DNA of 64,000 nucleotides from Dehalococcoidia bacterium (GCA_965197645.1 OZ240219.1:576001-640000), one strand, 5' to 3'; shown: positions 9,714-19,280, counted from the stretch's first letter. The notes: a model not told the origin generated them from the letters alone. Numbers and translations: made by a program.

Positions 9714-10518
9714 CGGATGCACCCGCCTTGACCGCACCGGACAGCTCGCTGACCTTGGCGCCGATGTCGGGGGCCGTGACCAAGGCCTCGCCGACCAGCA
9801 CCGCATCGACGTTCCAACTCTTCATCCTGGCCACGTCGGCCGCGGTGAAGATGCCGCTCTCCGCCACGACCGTCTTGCCCTCGGGGACCAGCGGACGGAG
9901 CCTGCGGGTGGTCTCCACGTCCACGTCGAAGGTGGTGAGGTCCCGGTTGTTGATGCCGATGATCTCGGCGCCGGCCTGGAGAGCTGTCTCCACCTCGTCA
10001 TCGTCGTGGGCTTCAACCAGACACTCCATACCCAGCCTTCCAGCCAGCCCGATCAGTCGGGCGATATCGGACGCGGTAAGGATGGCCACGATGAGAAGGA
10101 GAGCGTCGGCGCCCGAGGCGCGCGATTCGTAGACCTGGGTCTCATCGAAGATAAAGTCCTTGCGGAGCACCGGCGGGCAACCGGCCCCCAGCTCGCGCTT
10201 GATGGACCTGATGTGCTCCAGCGACCCCTGGAAGTGGGGCTCATCGGTGAGCACGGATATGGCCGAGGCGCCGTTAGTAGAGTAGGTGTGGGCCAGGCGG
10301 ACGGGATCGAAGTCGGGGGAGAGGAGCCCCTTGGAAGGCGAAGCCTTCTTTACCTCCGCGATGAGGCTGACTCCGTCGCCCGCCAGCGCTCGAGATAGGG
10401 AACGAGGAGGAGGTTGACCGGCGATGAGCTTCTCCAGCCTCGCCATGGCGGCCGGGCCCTGGAGGGCAGCTACCTCGCCTCGCTTTACTTCGACTATCTT
10501 TTCGAGGACGTTGGTCAT
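9706..10518 (-). CDS. trpC: Indole-3-glycerol phosphate synthase
   Basis: IAEVKKASPSKG, LRKDF, GINNRDL, AESGI. Confidence 0.97.
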   Translation of the reverse strand: MTNVLEKIVEVKRGEVAALQGPAAMARLEKLIAGQPPPRSLSRALAGDGVSLIAEVKKASPSKGLLSPDFDPVRLAHTYSTNGASAISVLTDEPHFQGSLEHIRSIKRELGAGCPPVLRKDFIFDETQVYESRASGADALLLIVAILTASDIARLIGLAGRLGMECLVEAHDDDEVETALQAGAEIIGINNRDLTTFDVDVETTRRLRPLVPEGKTVVAESGIFTAADVARMKSWNVDAVLVGEALVTAPDIGAKVSELSGAVKAGASGD

Positions 10519-10556
10519 ATTCGGTGTCGTCTAACCAAGAGTAGACAAATCCCTCT

Positions 10557-11573
10557 TCAATCCAGCTTCTGGCTCAGCTCGGCCAGCGCTTGTAGCTTTT
10601 CTAGGGCCACTCCGCTATCGATGGACTGCCGGGCCTTGGACACGCCTTCCGCCAGCGACTCCGCCCCACCCCCCGCCATGATCCCGGCGGCAGCGTTGGC
10701 GACGACCACATCCCGTCTAGGCCCCTTGTCACCGCTCAGCACCGAGACCATCGTCGCCGTGTTCTCCTCTATCGAGCCGCCCTTCAGCCCGTAAAGAGAC
10801 GCCGCTTCCAAGCCCAGGTCGGCAGCGGATACTGTGTAGTCGGATATCGAACCGTCCTTCAGCTCCCAGATGTGGGTCGGCGCGTTCAGCGAGATTTCGT
10901 CCAGGTGGTCTTCGCCGTGTACCACCAGCGCCCGCTCGGAGCCCAGGCCGGCCAACACCTGGACCATCTTTTCGCCCAGGGCATCGGTGGCTACGCCCAG
11001 TACCTGGAAACGAGCGCCGGCCGGGTTGGTGAGAGGGCCCAGGACGTTGAAGACCGTTCGGACCCCTATCTCCCTCCGTGGCCCCACGGCGTGCTTCATG
11101 GCCGGGTGATACCGGGGCGCGAACATGAACCCGATACCTACCTCTTCCATGCACCGCTTGACGGCTTCAGCGCCAAGATCGATCTTTACGCCGTACTGCT
11201 CCAGGATGTCGGCGCTGCCGCACTGGCTGCTCATAGCCCGGTTGCCGTGCTTGGCCACGGTCAGACCGGCGCCGGCCACCACGAAGGCCGACACCGTCGA
11301 GATGTTGAAGGTACCCAGGTCGTCCCCACCGGTGCCGCAGGTGTCCACCGACGGGCCATCGAAGGCTACCTTGACCGACTTGGCTCGCATCACCTGGGCG
11401 AGACCGGTGATCTCGTCGACCGTCTCACTCTTGAGACGCAGAGCGATGACAAAGGCCCCGAACTGGGCCTGGGTGGCCTGCCCCTCCATGATCTCCTCCA
11501 TGGCGCCCACCGCCTCGTCCCTGGAGAGGTCCCGGCCGTTCACCAGCTTGTCTATGGCTTGTTGGAGCATCAC
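10557..11573 (-). CDS. trpD: Anthranilate phosphoribosyltransferase
   Basis: DTCGTGGD, NIST, KHGNR, FNVLGPLTNP. Confidence 0.97.
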   Translation of the reverse strand: MMLQQAIDKLVNGRDLSRDEAVGAMEEIMEGQATQAQFGAFVIALRLKSETVDEITGLAQVMRAKSVKVAFDGPSVDTCGTGGDDLGTFNISTVSAFVVAGAGLTVAKHGNRAMSSQCGSADILEQYGVKIDLGAEAVKRCMEEVGIGFMFAPRYHPAMKHAVGPRREIGVRTVFNVLGPLTNPAGARFQVLGVATDALGEKMVQVLAGLGSERALVVHGEDHLDEISLNAPTHIWELKDGSISDYTVSAADLGLEAASLYGLKGGSIEENTATMVSVLSGDKGPRRDVVVANAAAGIMAGGGAESLAEGVSKARQSIDSGVALEKLQALAELSQKLD

Positions 11574-12133
11574 ATCCCCAAGAAATTACTCAACAGGTCC
11601 TTGCCGGAGGAGGTCAAGATCGACTCGGGGTGGGCCTGGAAGCCCTCCACGGCGTACTCCCGGTGCCGTACTCCCATGATTATGCCCTTGTCCGTTTCGG
11701 CGGTGACCTCCAGGCAGCTGGGGAGGGTGTCACGGCGTATCGCCAGCGAGTGATAACGAATGGCCTCGAAGGGGTTGGGCAGGCCTTCGTAGATCCCTTT
11801 GCCATCGTGGTGGACCATTGACGATTTGCCGTGCATGATCTCACCCGCCGGGCTGACGACACCCCCATATGCCGCACCGATGCACTGGTGCCCCAGGCAC
11901 ACTCCCAACAACGGCAGCCGGGACCCGAAGTGTCTCACTACCTGGCAGGAGATACCCGCCTCCTTGGGCGTACAGGGCCCCGGCGACACCACGATGCGTT
12001 CCGGCTTCCAGCTATCGATCTCTTCGATGCTGGTCTTGTCGTTGCGCACTACCTTGACAGTCTGACCCAGCTCGCACAGGTACTGGTACAGGTTGTAGGT
12101 GAAGCTATCGTAGTTGTCTATCAGCACCAGCAT
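11570..12133 (-). CDS. trpG: Anthranilate synthase component II (glutamine amidotransferase)
   Basis: IDNYDSFTYNL, SPGP, GVCLGHQ, RYHSL, HPES; start reset to the ATG at 12133. Confidence 0.96.
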   Translation of the reverse strand: MLVLIDNYDSFTYNLYQYLCELGQTVKVVRNDKTSIEEIDSWKPERIVVSPGPCTPKEAGISCQVVRHFGSRLPLLGVCLGHQCIGAAYGGVVSPAGEIMHGKSSMVHHDGKGIYEGLPNPFEAIRYHSLAIRRDTLPSCLEVTAETDKGIIMGVRHREYAVEGFQAHPESILTSSGKDLLSNFLGM

Positions 12134-12171
12134 CCGTTTCCGTCCTGATGGCCCTGAAGAGGGACAGGTTG

Positions 12172-12957
12172 CTATCCGACGAACTCCTTCAACGATGATG
12201 GGCCTATCCCGCAATCGATGTATATCACCTGGCCGGAGACGTGGCTGGCCCTCTCCGATGCCAGGTACACGCACATGTTCCCCACGTCGTAGGGCTGGAT
12301 CAGCCGGTCGAAGGGCACCTTGCCATGCAACCCTGAGGCGTCCTTTGCCCCGGCCCAGTTCAGCACGAGGCCCAGTCCCATGTCCGACTCTACGATGGTT
12401 GGAGCGATGGCGTTGACCCGTATCCGATGCGGACTGACGTCTTTGGCCAGGCACTTTACGAAGGTGTTCATGGCGGCCTTGGCACTGGCGTAGGCCCACT
12501 CGTCGGCCCAGAGCTGCTGGGTCGCCAGGGAACTGATGAAGTGGATGTCGCCCCGGCCCTGTTCTCGCATGCTGGGCAGCACCGCCTTGGTGCAGTAGAA
12601 GGAGCCGAACAGGTGGGTGTACATGATGTCGTGAAAGACATCGGTGGCGTCGTCGTCGAAGATGGACCGGGAGTAGTGCTGGCCGGCGTTGTTCACCAGG
12701 ATGTCCACCTTGCCGAAGGCGTCAATGGCCTCCGCAACCATGGCATCGACCTGCTCCTTGTCCTTAACGTCGGCCTGGCGGACCAGGGCCCTGCGGCCGG
12801 CGGCCTCGACGCTCGTGGCAGTGTCCTCAGCGCCCTCTTTGTTTCGTTGGTAGTTGACGATGATGTCGGCGCCCTCCTTGGCCATCTCCAGGGCGATTCC
12901 CTGGCCGATGCCCCGAGATGCGCCGGTAATCAACGCCACTCGTCCCTCCAGCTCCAT
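12172..12957 (-). CDS. Classical SDR oxidoreductase
   Basis: TGASRGIG, NNAG, YASAK. Confidence 0.93.
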   Translation of the reverse strand: MELEGRVALITGASRGIGQGIALEMAKEGADIIVNYQRNKEGAEDTATSVEAAGRRALVRQADVKDKEQVDAMVAEAIDAFGKVDILVNNAGQHYSRSIFDDDATDVFHDIMYTHLFGSFYCTKAVLPSMREQGRGDIHFISSLATQQLWADEWAYASAKAAMNTFVKCLAKDVSPHRIRVNAIAPTIVESDMGLGLVLNWAGAKDASGLHGKVPFDRLIQPYDVGNMCVYLASERASHVSGQVIYIDCGIGPSSLKEFVG

Positions 12958-13026
12958 CTTATTCCTCCTGTGGGTCCTGTAAGCAGAGACTTGTATCCGT
13001 TGCCAGCGATTATCCTATCACGCCCT

Positions 13027-14514
13027 CTAACCCCTGGCCTCCGCCTCATCGATAGCCCGCATCAATGCCTCGGCCTTGTGAACCGTCTCCATGTACTCCA
13101 ACGATGGAACGCTATCGGCCACGATGCCGCCGCCAGCCTGTACGTGGGCCACTCCGTCCCGGACCACCATGGTCCTGATGGTTATGCAGGTGTCCATGTT
13201 CCCCGAGAAGCTGAAGTATCCCACTGAGCCGGCGTAGGGGCCTCGCTGGTCCGGCTCCAGCTCGGAGATGATCTCCATGGCCCTCAGCTTAGGGGCGCCG
13301 GAGACGGTGCCTGCAGGAAAGCAGGCCCACAGGGCCTCGTAGGGGGTGATGTCGTCGCGGAGCTCCCCTTTGACGTGGGAGACCAGGTGCATGACGTGGG
13401 AGTACCTCTCGATGTCCATCATCTGGGTCACCTTCACCGTGCCCGGCTTGCTCACCCGCCCGATATCGTTCCGGCCCAGGTCCAGAAGCATGATGTGCTC
13501 GGCCCGGTCCTTCTCATCGTTCCTGAGCTCCTCCTCCAGGGCCGCGTCCTCCTCTTCGAGCTTGCCTCGGGGCCGTGTTCCTGCGATGGGATGGTAGTCC
13601 AGCCGCCCGTTTTCCGCACGGACCAGCAGCTCGGGCGACGTTCCCACCAGCGTGCAGTCCCCCAGCTCCAGGTAGAACATGTAGGGCGACGGGTTGATGG
13701 TGCGCAGGGTCCGATAGATATCGAAAGGATGGGCACTCGTTCTGCGAGAGAACCGCTGGGAGAGGACGACCTGGATGACGTCTCCGGCGTAGATGTACTC
13801 TTTAGCCTTGACGACGTTGGCCTCGTGTTGGGCTCTAGTCAGGTTGGAGACCGCTTCGCTGCTCTCGCCGGACGCCGGGTGGTCCCCGGTTTGCGGCATG
13901 GGGGCCTGTGATTGCTCCGGCAACGGCCCCTTGAGGCGCTCCACCAGCTCCTCGATCTTCTCAACGGCCCTGCCATAGGCTTTTTCCACCCCGAATTCCG
14001 ATAATCGAGCGTGGGCGACGACCTTGATCCTGTGCTTGAGGTGATCGAAGACGAGGAGGGTGTCGGAGAACATGAATATGGCCTCGGGCAAGCCCAGGGG
14101 GTCGGGGCTCGGAGAGGGTACGTCCTCGAAGTGGTGCATCGCTTCGTACCCCAGGTATCCAACGGCGCCCCCGTGGAACCTGGGAAGCTCGGGCACCTCG
14201 ACCAGCGTGGCGCGTTCCAGCTCCTGTTTGATAAGCGCCAGGGGATCGACGTCCCCATCGGGCTGGCCGGGACCGGTACGGACCAGCTTGTACGGATCGG
14301 TGCCGATGAAGCTGTACCGGGCGAGTCGCTCACCTCCTTCTACGCTCTCCAGCAAGAAGGAACACTCCCCGCGTGCTACTTTCAGATATGCGGAGACGGG
14401 CGTCTCCAGATCGGCATCTATCTCCCTGTATACCGGTACCAGGCTGCCCGAGCTGGAGAGGGCGCGCACCGTCTCCAGGTCCGGCGTATACGTTTTCGTC
14501 ATTACCTTGGCCAT
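13027..14514 (-). CDS. trpE: Anthranilate synthase component I
   Basis: LLESVEGG, NPSPYM, PIAGT, EHIMLLDLGRND, PAGTVSGAPK. Confidence 0.97.
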   Translation of the reverse strand: MAKVMTKTYTPDLETVRALSSSGSLVPVYREIDADLETPVSAYLKVARGECSFLLESVEGGERLARYSFIGTDPYKLVRTGPGQPDGDVDPLALIKQELERATLVEVPELPRFHGGAVGYLGYEAMHHFEDVPSPSPDPLGLPEAIFMFSDTLLVFDHLKHRIKVVAHARLSEFGVEKAYGRAVEKIEELVERLKGPLPEQSQAPMPQTGDHPASGESSEAVSNLTRAQHEANVVKAKEYIYAGDVIQVVLSQRFSRRTSAHPFDIYRTLRTINPSPYMFYLELGDCTLVGTSPELLVRAENGRLDYHPIAGTRPRGKLEEEDAALEEELRNDEKDRAEHIMLLDLGRNDIGRVSKPGTVKVTQMMDIERYSHVMHLVSHVKGELRDDITPYEALWACFPAGTVSGAPKLRAMEIISELEPDQRGPYAGSVGYFSFSGNMDTCITIRTMVVRDGVAHVQAGGGIVADSVPSLEYMETVHKAEALMRAIDEAEARG

Positions 14515-14555
14515 GCCGATTGTTTCATACGGTGATCGGATTCCCCCCTTTGGGT

Positions 14556-14872
14556 AGAAAAAAGCCCCCCGTCCAAAGGGACGAGGGGCTTACTCGCGTT
14601 GCCACCCTTATTAGCCGCTTACATATCCGTTCGCCGATACCGGCGAAATCGGATCGCGCAAACAGCCATCTCTCTGAGGTACGACTCCTATGTCTAGGGG
14701 GTTATACCCTGGGCTCCGATAACGGTGCCCTCTCCGGCCAAGCCTACTTGCCGTTGGGCGTTCGGTTGGCGACTCCCGGGCCCATTCAGCCCCTGCGCGG
14801 AGATCGAGCTTTCACCTACCCTCGACTCTCTGTGCCCCCGCTGAGGACCTACTACTCCCGTTCGTAGTCGAT
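14556..14872 (-). promoter_or_regulatory. T-box riboswitch with Trp (UGG) specifier and intrinsic terminator
   Basis: Minus strand: AGAGAG and GGUGA stem I motifs, GAA-UGG specifier (14784-14782), AGUA/CCGUUA elements, T-box AAUAAGGGUGGCAACGCG, terminator AAGCCCCUCGUCC...GGACGGGGGCUUUUUU. Confidence 0.93.
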
Positions 14873-14895
14873 TGGATTATGTTCAATTGCCGGCT

Positions 14896-14925
14896 ACTGT
14901 ACTATCGCCGGGCGAGTGTTGTCAA
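14896..14925 (-). promoter_or_regulatory. Sigma70-type promoter of the trp leader
   Basis: TTGACA-18-TACAGT. Confidence 0.7.
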
Positions 14926-15022
14926 TTCGGCTTCAAAGGAGGGTATACATAGTGTGTGAGTGAGATGAAGCCTGGCAGCCGGGATGATGTGGTTTCCCCA
15001 TCGGTCCGACGGCAAAGACTGT

Positions 15023-15171
15023 ATTGAGCTTGTCTCAAAAGTACGGACGTCTTAGTCCCAACCGCCCGCCCTCGGAAGGTTTTGTCGCTGGGGGAACATC
15101 CCCCAGGCCCCCTGCCAGAGGGAAGTTTCCCTCTGGACTCCCTCAAAGTAGGGTTCTGAGACAGGCTCAAT
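15023..15171. mobile_element. MITE-like element: 18-bp imperfect terminal inverted repeats enclosing a family C repeat
   Basis: ATTGAGCTTGTCTCAAAA (15023-15040) versus TTCTGAGACAGGCTCAAT (15154-15171), 16/18 complementary; family C copy at 15044-15143 (-). Confidence 0.65.
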
Positions 15172-15291
15172 TGCGAGCTTCTCGGTGGGAGGTCTTGATA
15201 GGAAGAGACGGCTGATGTTGACGCCGTCACCTTCGAGAAGGGGAGAAAGCGGTGCGACAGAGGTGGAATTGTGGTGAGGGGTACGACTCCT

Positions 15292-15603
15292 CTATCGAAA
15301 GGGCATGTTCAGGGCGCGTTCGAGGTTGCCGAGATACTCACTAAAGGCCAGACGGCCCTCGGGCGTCGCCTCCACCCATGTGCGCGGTTTTGCCGCAACG
15401 AACTCCTTGGTTGTGCTGACGTACCCTGCGTCCTCCAGCTTGCGCAGGTGGATGGTGAGGTTGCCGCCGGTCAGGCCGAGGGTCCGTTGGATGAAGCCGT
15501 AGGCCACGCGGTCCGACTCTGACTGGGACACCAGCAGCGTCATGATACGTAGCCGGGTCGACTGATGGATCGTCTCGTTCAGGACTATGGAAGCCTGGCT
15601 CAT
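15292..15603 (-). CDS. Winged-HTH transcriptional regulator (ArsR/MarR-like)
   Basis: IHQSTRLRIM, LTGGNLTIHLRKLEDAGYV, KPRTW. Confidence 0.9.
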   Translation of the reverse strand: MSQASIVLNETIHQSTRLRIMTLLVSQSESDRVAYGFIQRTLGLTGGNLTIHLRKLEDAGYVSTTKEFVAAKPRTWVEATPEGRLAFSEYLGNLERALNMPFR

Positions 15604-16235
15604 GCCACACGGCTTTTGCGGATCCAGACCCACGCGACGCCCACGATGGCGAGCATGAGCACCGCCGACAGCACCGGCGCAACATCGCCGGTGTAGTGCG
15701 CCGGCAAGTAATAGGAAGCACCGATGCCAAGACCTACGAGGCTAATGGCCAGGTGATGCAAGATGCCGAACAGCACGAACCCCAGCGCAACAATGCCGAC
15801 TCCGACTCCACTGATGACGATGGAGTCGGAGTCGGCGGTCCACAGGCCGGACGCTGCTGGAATGATGAAGGCGGCGGCGACCACGGTCATCCAGAAGCCG
15901 AAGACCCGGAGACCTGCTGCCGTGGCAGACGGCCCGGTTGCATTCTGCTTGCTGGCGCGGTGGCCGATGAGCGAGCTCCCGATCATGCCCGGGATTGCCA
16001 GGCCGAACCACAGGAGGCCGGGATACCAGGAATAGTCCTCGGCAAACCCAGGTGCCAAGGTACCGACGGCGTACATGGAGAAGTACCCCACCGCTACGAT
16101 GGCGCCCCACAACAGCATGATGTTGGTCCAGCCCGCCACATACATGGAGCTGCGGGACCTGTCCAGGGTCGCGTGTATTGATCTCCATCCCTGCTCCGGT
16201 GTGATCTGCTGCGCTTCGCTGTCTTGGTCCTGCAT
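15600..16235 (-). CDS. Multi-pass membrane protein, translationally coupled to the wHTH regulator
   Basis: About 6 hydrophobic segments; ATGA overlap; GGAGG RBS. Confidence 0.8.
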   Translation of the reverse strand: MQDQDSEAQQITPEQGWRSIHATLDRSRSSMYVAGWTNIMLLWGAIVAVGYFSMYAVGTLAPGFAEDYSWYPGLLWFGLAIPGMIGSSLIGHRASKQNATGPSATAAGLRVFGFWMTVVAAAFIIPAASGLWTADSDSIVISGVGVGIVALGFVLFGILHHLAISLVGLGIGASYYLPAHYTGDVAPVLSAVLMLAIVGVAWVWIRKSRVA

Positions 16236-16264
16236 GATGGTTCCTCCACATATTGATGCAAACT

Positions 16265-16293
16265 AGTTTACATTATAAACCATTTTCCGTCAA
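16265..16293 (-). promoter_or_regulatory. Promoter with overlapping palindromic operator
   Basis: TTGACG-17-TAAACT; palindrome GTTTA-cATTa-TAAAC at 16266-16280. Confidence 0.7.
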
Positions 16294-16446
16294 GGGGATA
16301 GACCATGTGTGGCAAGCGCTATCGGCAGCCTGATGCAAGATGATCGTCCGCGGAAGATGTTTGGGGGAGTTGCCTAGCGAAATGGCTGGACGTGAAATGC
16401 CTATGAGCCGGAAATCTAGACGGGAAAGGACTCGAATTGATGGGGG

Positions 16447-17385
16447 CTACTTCCGCGCCACCACTACTCGCGCCGCTTCAGCGATCCGGGCAGGTGTGAG
16501 GCCGCGGAGCTCCAGCAACTCGTCAGGCTCGCCGGAGGGGGTGTAGACATCGTCTATGGCGACCACCGACATGGGCGTCGGGCGGTTTACCGCCAGTATA
16601 CGGGAGACGATGCTGCCCAGGCCGCCGTGGTCCAGGTGTTCCTCGGCGGTGACGATAGCGCCGGTCTCCTCGGCGCAGCGTAGAATGGCCTCTTCATCCA
16701 TGGGCTTCAGTGTGGACACGTTGACAACCCTACAGTCGATACCGCCTTCGGACAGCGTCTCGGCGGCCTCCAGGGCTTTGTACACCATTATGCCCGTCGC
16801 CAGTACGGACACGTCGCCGCCGTTCCGCAGGGTCTGCGCCTTGCCGAGCTGAAAGCGGCATCCATCTTCGTATATCACCGGTGTGGCCGGCCGGCAGAGG
16901 CGCACGTAGCATGGCCCCTGCATCGCGGCCATGGCTCGGACGGCCTCAACGGTTTCGACGGCGTCGGCGGGGACCACGACGGTGAATCCGGGCAGTGCGC
17001 ACATCAATGCCAGGTCCTCAATGCCATGGGCCGACATGCCATCGGGCCCGGTGATAATCCCGCCGTGGGTGGTCACGATCTTCACGTTGAGATGGCCCTG
17101 GGAGATGCTGATGCGGACCTGGTCGAAAGGCCTTCCCGTGCCGAACACCGTAAAGGTACTGGCGAAGACCGTCTTGCCTGATGCGGCGAGGCCCGCGGCG
17201 ATGCTCATCATGTTCTGCTCGGCGGCGCCGCAGTCGAAGAAGCGATCGGGAAACTCGGCGGCGAAGAGGGTGGTCATGGTGGACTTGTTCAGGTCGCCAC
17301 CGAGGACTACGACGTCCGGGTCTTCGTGCCCCAGCTCGACGAGGGTCTTGCCGTAGGCCTCCCGTGTGGAGGCTTGGGTAGTCAC
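16447..17385 (-). CDS. Transketolase C-terminal subunit
   Basis: TREAYG, GAAEQNM, GPDGMSAH, EEH. Confidence 0.95.
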   Translation of the reverse strand: MTTQASTREAYGKTLVELGHEDPDVVVLGGDLNKSTMTTLFAAEFPDRFFDCGAAEQNMMSIAAGLAASGKTVFASTFTVFGTGRPFDQVRISISQGHLNVKIVTTHGGIITGPDGMSAHGIEDLALMCALPGFTVVVPADAVETVEAVRAMAAMQGPCYVRLCRPATPVIYEDGCRFQLGKAQTLRNGGDVSVLATGIMVYKALEAAETLSEGGIDCRVVNVSTLKPMDEEAILRCAEETGAIVTAEEHLDHGGLGSIVSRILAVNRPTPMSVVAIDDVYTPSGEPDELLELRGLTPARIAEAARVVVARK

Positions 17386-17389
17386 GGCT

Positions 17390-18313
17390 TCAGCTCAGCT
17401 CTTGCAGCGCCAGCTCAAGCTGCTCGGGGTTGGGGGCCTTGCCATGGAAGTCGGCGTTGTGCTCCATAAAGCTGACCCCCTTGCCCTTGACCGTCCGGGC
17501 TATGATCACTGTTCTACTGCCGTCCCGCTCTCGAGACCCCTCCAGGGCGCCGACAACCTGCTCCAGATGGTGGCCATCTATCTCGACTACCTTCCACCCG
17601 AAGGAGCGCCACTTGTCTGCCAGGGGCTCCAGATTCATCACCTCATCAGTGCGACGATCGTTCTGGATCAGGTTCCTATCGACGATGGCGACGATGTTGT
17701 CTAGGCCATAGTGGGTTGCGAACATGGCGGCTTCCCAGATCTGGCCTTCGTCGCACTCGCCATCACCCAGCATTACATAGACGGTGTAGCCCTGATCGTC
17801 GAGCCGGCCCGCCAGCGCCATGCCGACCCCGAAGGAGAGTCCCTGCCCCAGCGAGCCGGAGCACTGCTCGACTCCCGGGGTCATTGTGTGGGCATGGCCC
17901 TGAAGCCGGCTGTTCAGCTTTCGAAAGGTAAGCAACTCATCGGTGGAGAAGTATCCCGCTTCCGCCAGCGTCGAGTACAGCACCGGAACGCAGTGGCCTT
18001 TGCTCAACACAAACCGGTCACGGTACAGCCAGTGAGGATTGGCTGGGTCGTGACGCATCACCCGAAAGTAGAGGGCCGTGATCAGCTCGGTGGCTGAAAG
18101 GGAGCCGCCGGGATGGCCGCTGCCGGCCTTGGCGGTCATCCTGACGATGTGACGACGTATCTCCAGGGCCTTGGCCTCCATCTCCTCGAAGGAAAGGCCG
18201 CTCAGCGCGGACCCGATGTGAGGTTCGGCCGCAGGGGTATATCCGTCTGTAGAAGCAGCGGCCCCGGCCGTCGATCTCGACGCCGAGGCCGCCTGAGTTT
18301 CAGAATTTTCCAT
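17390..18313 (-). CDS. Transketolase N-terminal subunit
   Basis: SGHPGGSLS, SKGH, GSLGQG, GDGE...N ThDP motif, HGKAP. Confidence 0.95.
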   Translation of the reverse strand: MENSETQAASASRSTAGAAASTDGYTPAAEPHIGSALSGLSFEEMEAKALEIRRHIVRMTAKAGSGHPGGSLSATELITALYFRVMRHDPANPHWLYRDRFVLSKGHCVPVLYSTLAEAGYFSTDELLTFRKLNSRLQGHAHTMTPGVEQCSGSLGQGLSFGVGMALAGRLDDQGYTVYVMLGDGECDEGQIWEAAMFATHYGLDNIVAIVDRNLIQNDRRTDEVMNLEPLADKWRSFGWKVVEIDGHHLEQVVGALEGSRERDGSRTVIIARTVKGKGVSFMEHNADFHGKAPNPEQLELALQELS

Positions 18314-18546
18314 CTAAATGGGTTCTAAATCGAAATAGGCCATCTCACCTTCGGCGCCCGAATTATAGACCAACAGTTGTGGGTTTACAATTGTTTTTCA
18401 GCCCCCGGAGGTCGGTGCGCTCGGCAGCGTGTTTGTCTATTGAGCTTGTCTCAAAGATCACGTGATCTCGTAGTTTCACTCGAACATCCTCTCTGGGAGT
18501 GCCGCACATGTTTCATAACATACAAGAGTTTGGGCGAAAAACTCCC

Positions 18547-18575
18547 TTGACAGCATATTGGGCTGATGCTAGAGT
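18547..18575 (+). promoter_or_regulatory. Promoter of the rpsL operon
   Basis: TTGACA-17-TAGAGT with TG extension. Confidence 0.75.
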
Positions 18576-18675
18576 GTCCGTTTGTCACCACTTTACATCT
18601 AGGCGTGAAACGGGACGGTCGCCAGGCGAGGACAGGGCGTCCGGCCGGCACCGAAAAATAGGAGAGCTTTAGAGA

Positions 18676-19110
18676 ATGCCCACGGTTAGCCAGCTGATAA
18701 GGAAGGGGCGGAAGAAGGTCACCAAGAAGACCAAAGCCCCGGCTCTCCGCGTATCCTACAACGCACTGACAAACAGGCAGGGCAGAAGCTCCAACTCGCC
18801 TCAGAAGAGGGGGGTATGCATCCAGGTCAGGACCGTTACGCCCAAGAAGCCAAACTCGGCCCTCAGGAAGGTGGCCCGGGTGAGGCTGACGAACCAGATG
18901 GAGGTGACGGCATATATTCCCGGTGAAGGCCACAACCTCCAGGAGCACTCGGTGGTGCTGATCAGAGGCGGAAGGGTACGGGATCTGCCCGGGGTAAGGT
19001 ATCACATCGTGCGGGGAACTCTGGACGCCGCAGGGGTGGGCGATCGAAAGCGAGGACGAAGCAAGTACGGAAGTAAGAAGACCAAGACCCCGGGTGCAGA
19101 TATAGTCTAA
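18676..19110 (+). CDS. rpsL: 30S ribosomal protein S12
   Basis: [27 protein letters not shown]. Confidence 0.99.
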   Translation: MPTVSQLIRKGRKKVTKKTKAPALRVSYNALTNRQGRSSNSPQKRGVCIQVRTVTPKKPNSALRKVARVRLTNQMEVTAYIPGEGHNLQEHSVVLIRGGRVRDLPGVRYHIVRGTLDAAGVGDRKRGRSKYGSKKTKTPGADIV

Positions 19111-19121
19111 CCCGTTCTTTC

Positions 19122-19148
19122 AGAGGCCGCTTTTGCGGCCTCTTTTTG
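19122..19148 (+). terminator. Intrinsic-terminator-like hairpin between rpsL and rpsG
   Basis: AGAGGCCGC-TTTT-GCGGCCTCT followed by TTTT. Confidence 0.6.
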
Positions 19149-19280
19149 TCCCTGGTCTCCACCGGCAGGAGCGATTTGGGGACCGGGAGATGCGTAAACC
19201 TCAGGATATCCATATATAGGTGAATCTGTGTCCAGTTTGTACAGGAAGTTGTATTCGGATAGATAAGATGGGAGCACCTG

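Noticed and set aside
11570-12499. 309-aa extended TrpG, and long N-terminal extensions of TrpF, the ACAD, cyclase, GcvT and the lipoprotein in the ORF track
   Set aside because: The extensions overlap neighbouring genes or repeats; downstream starts match the family N-termini
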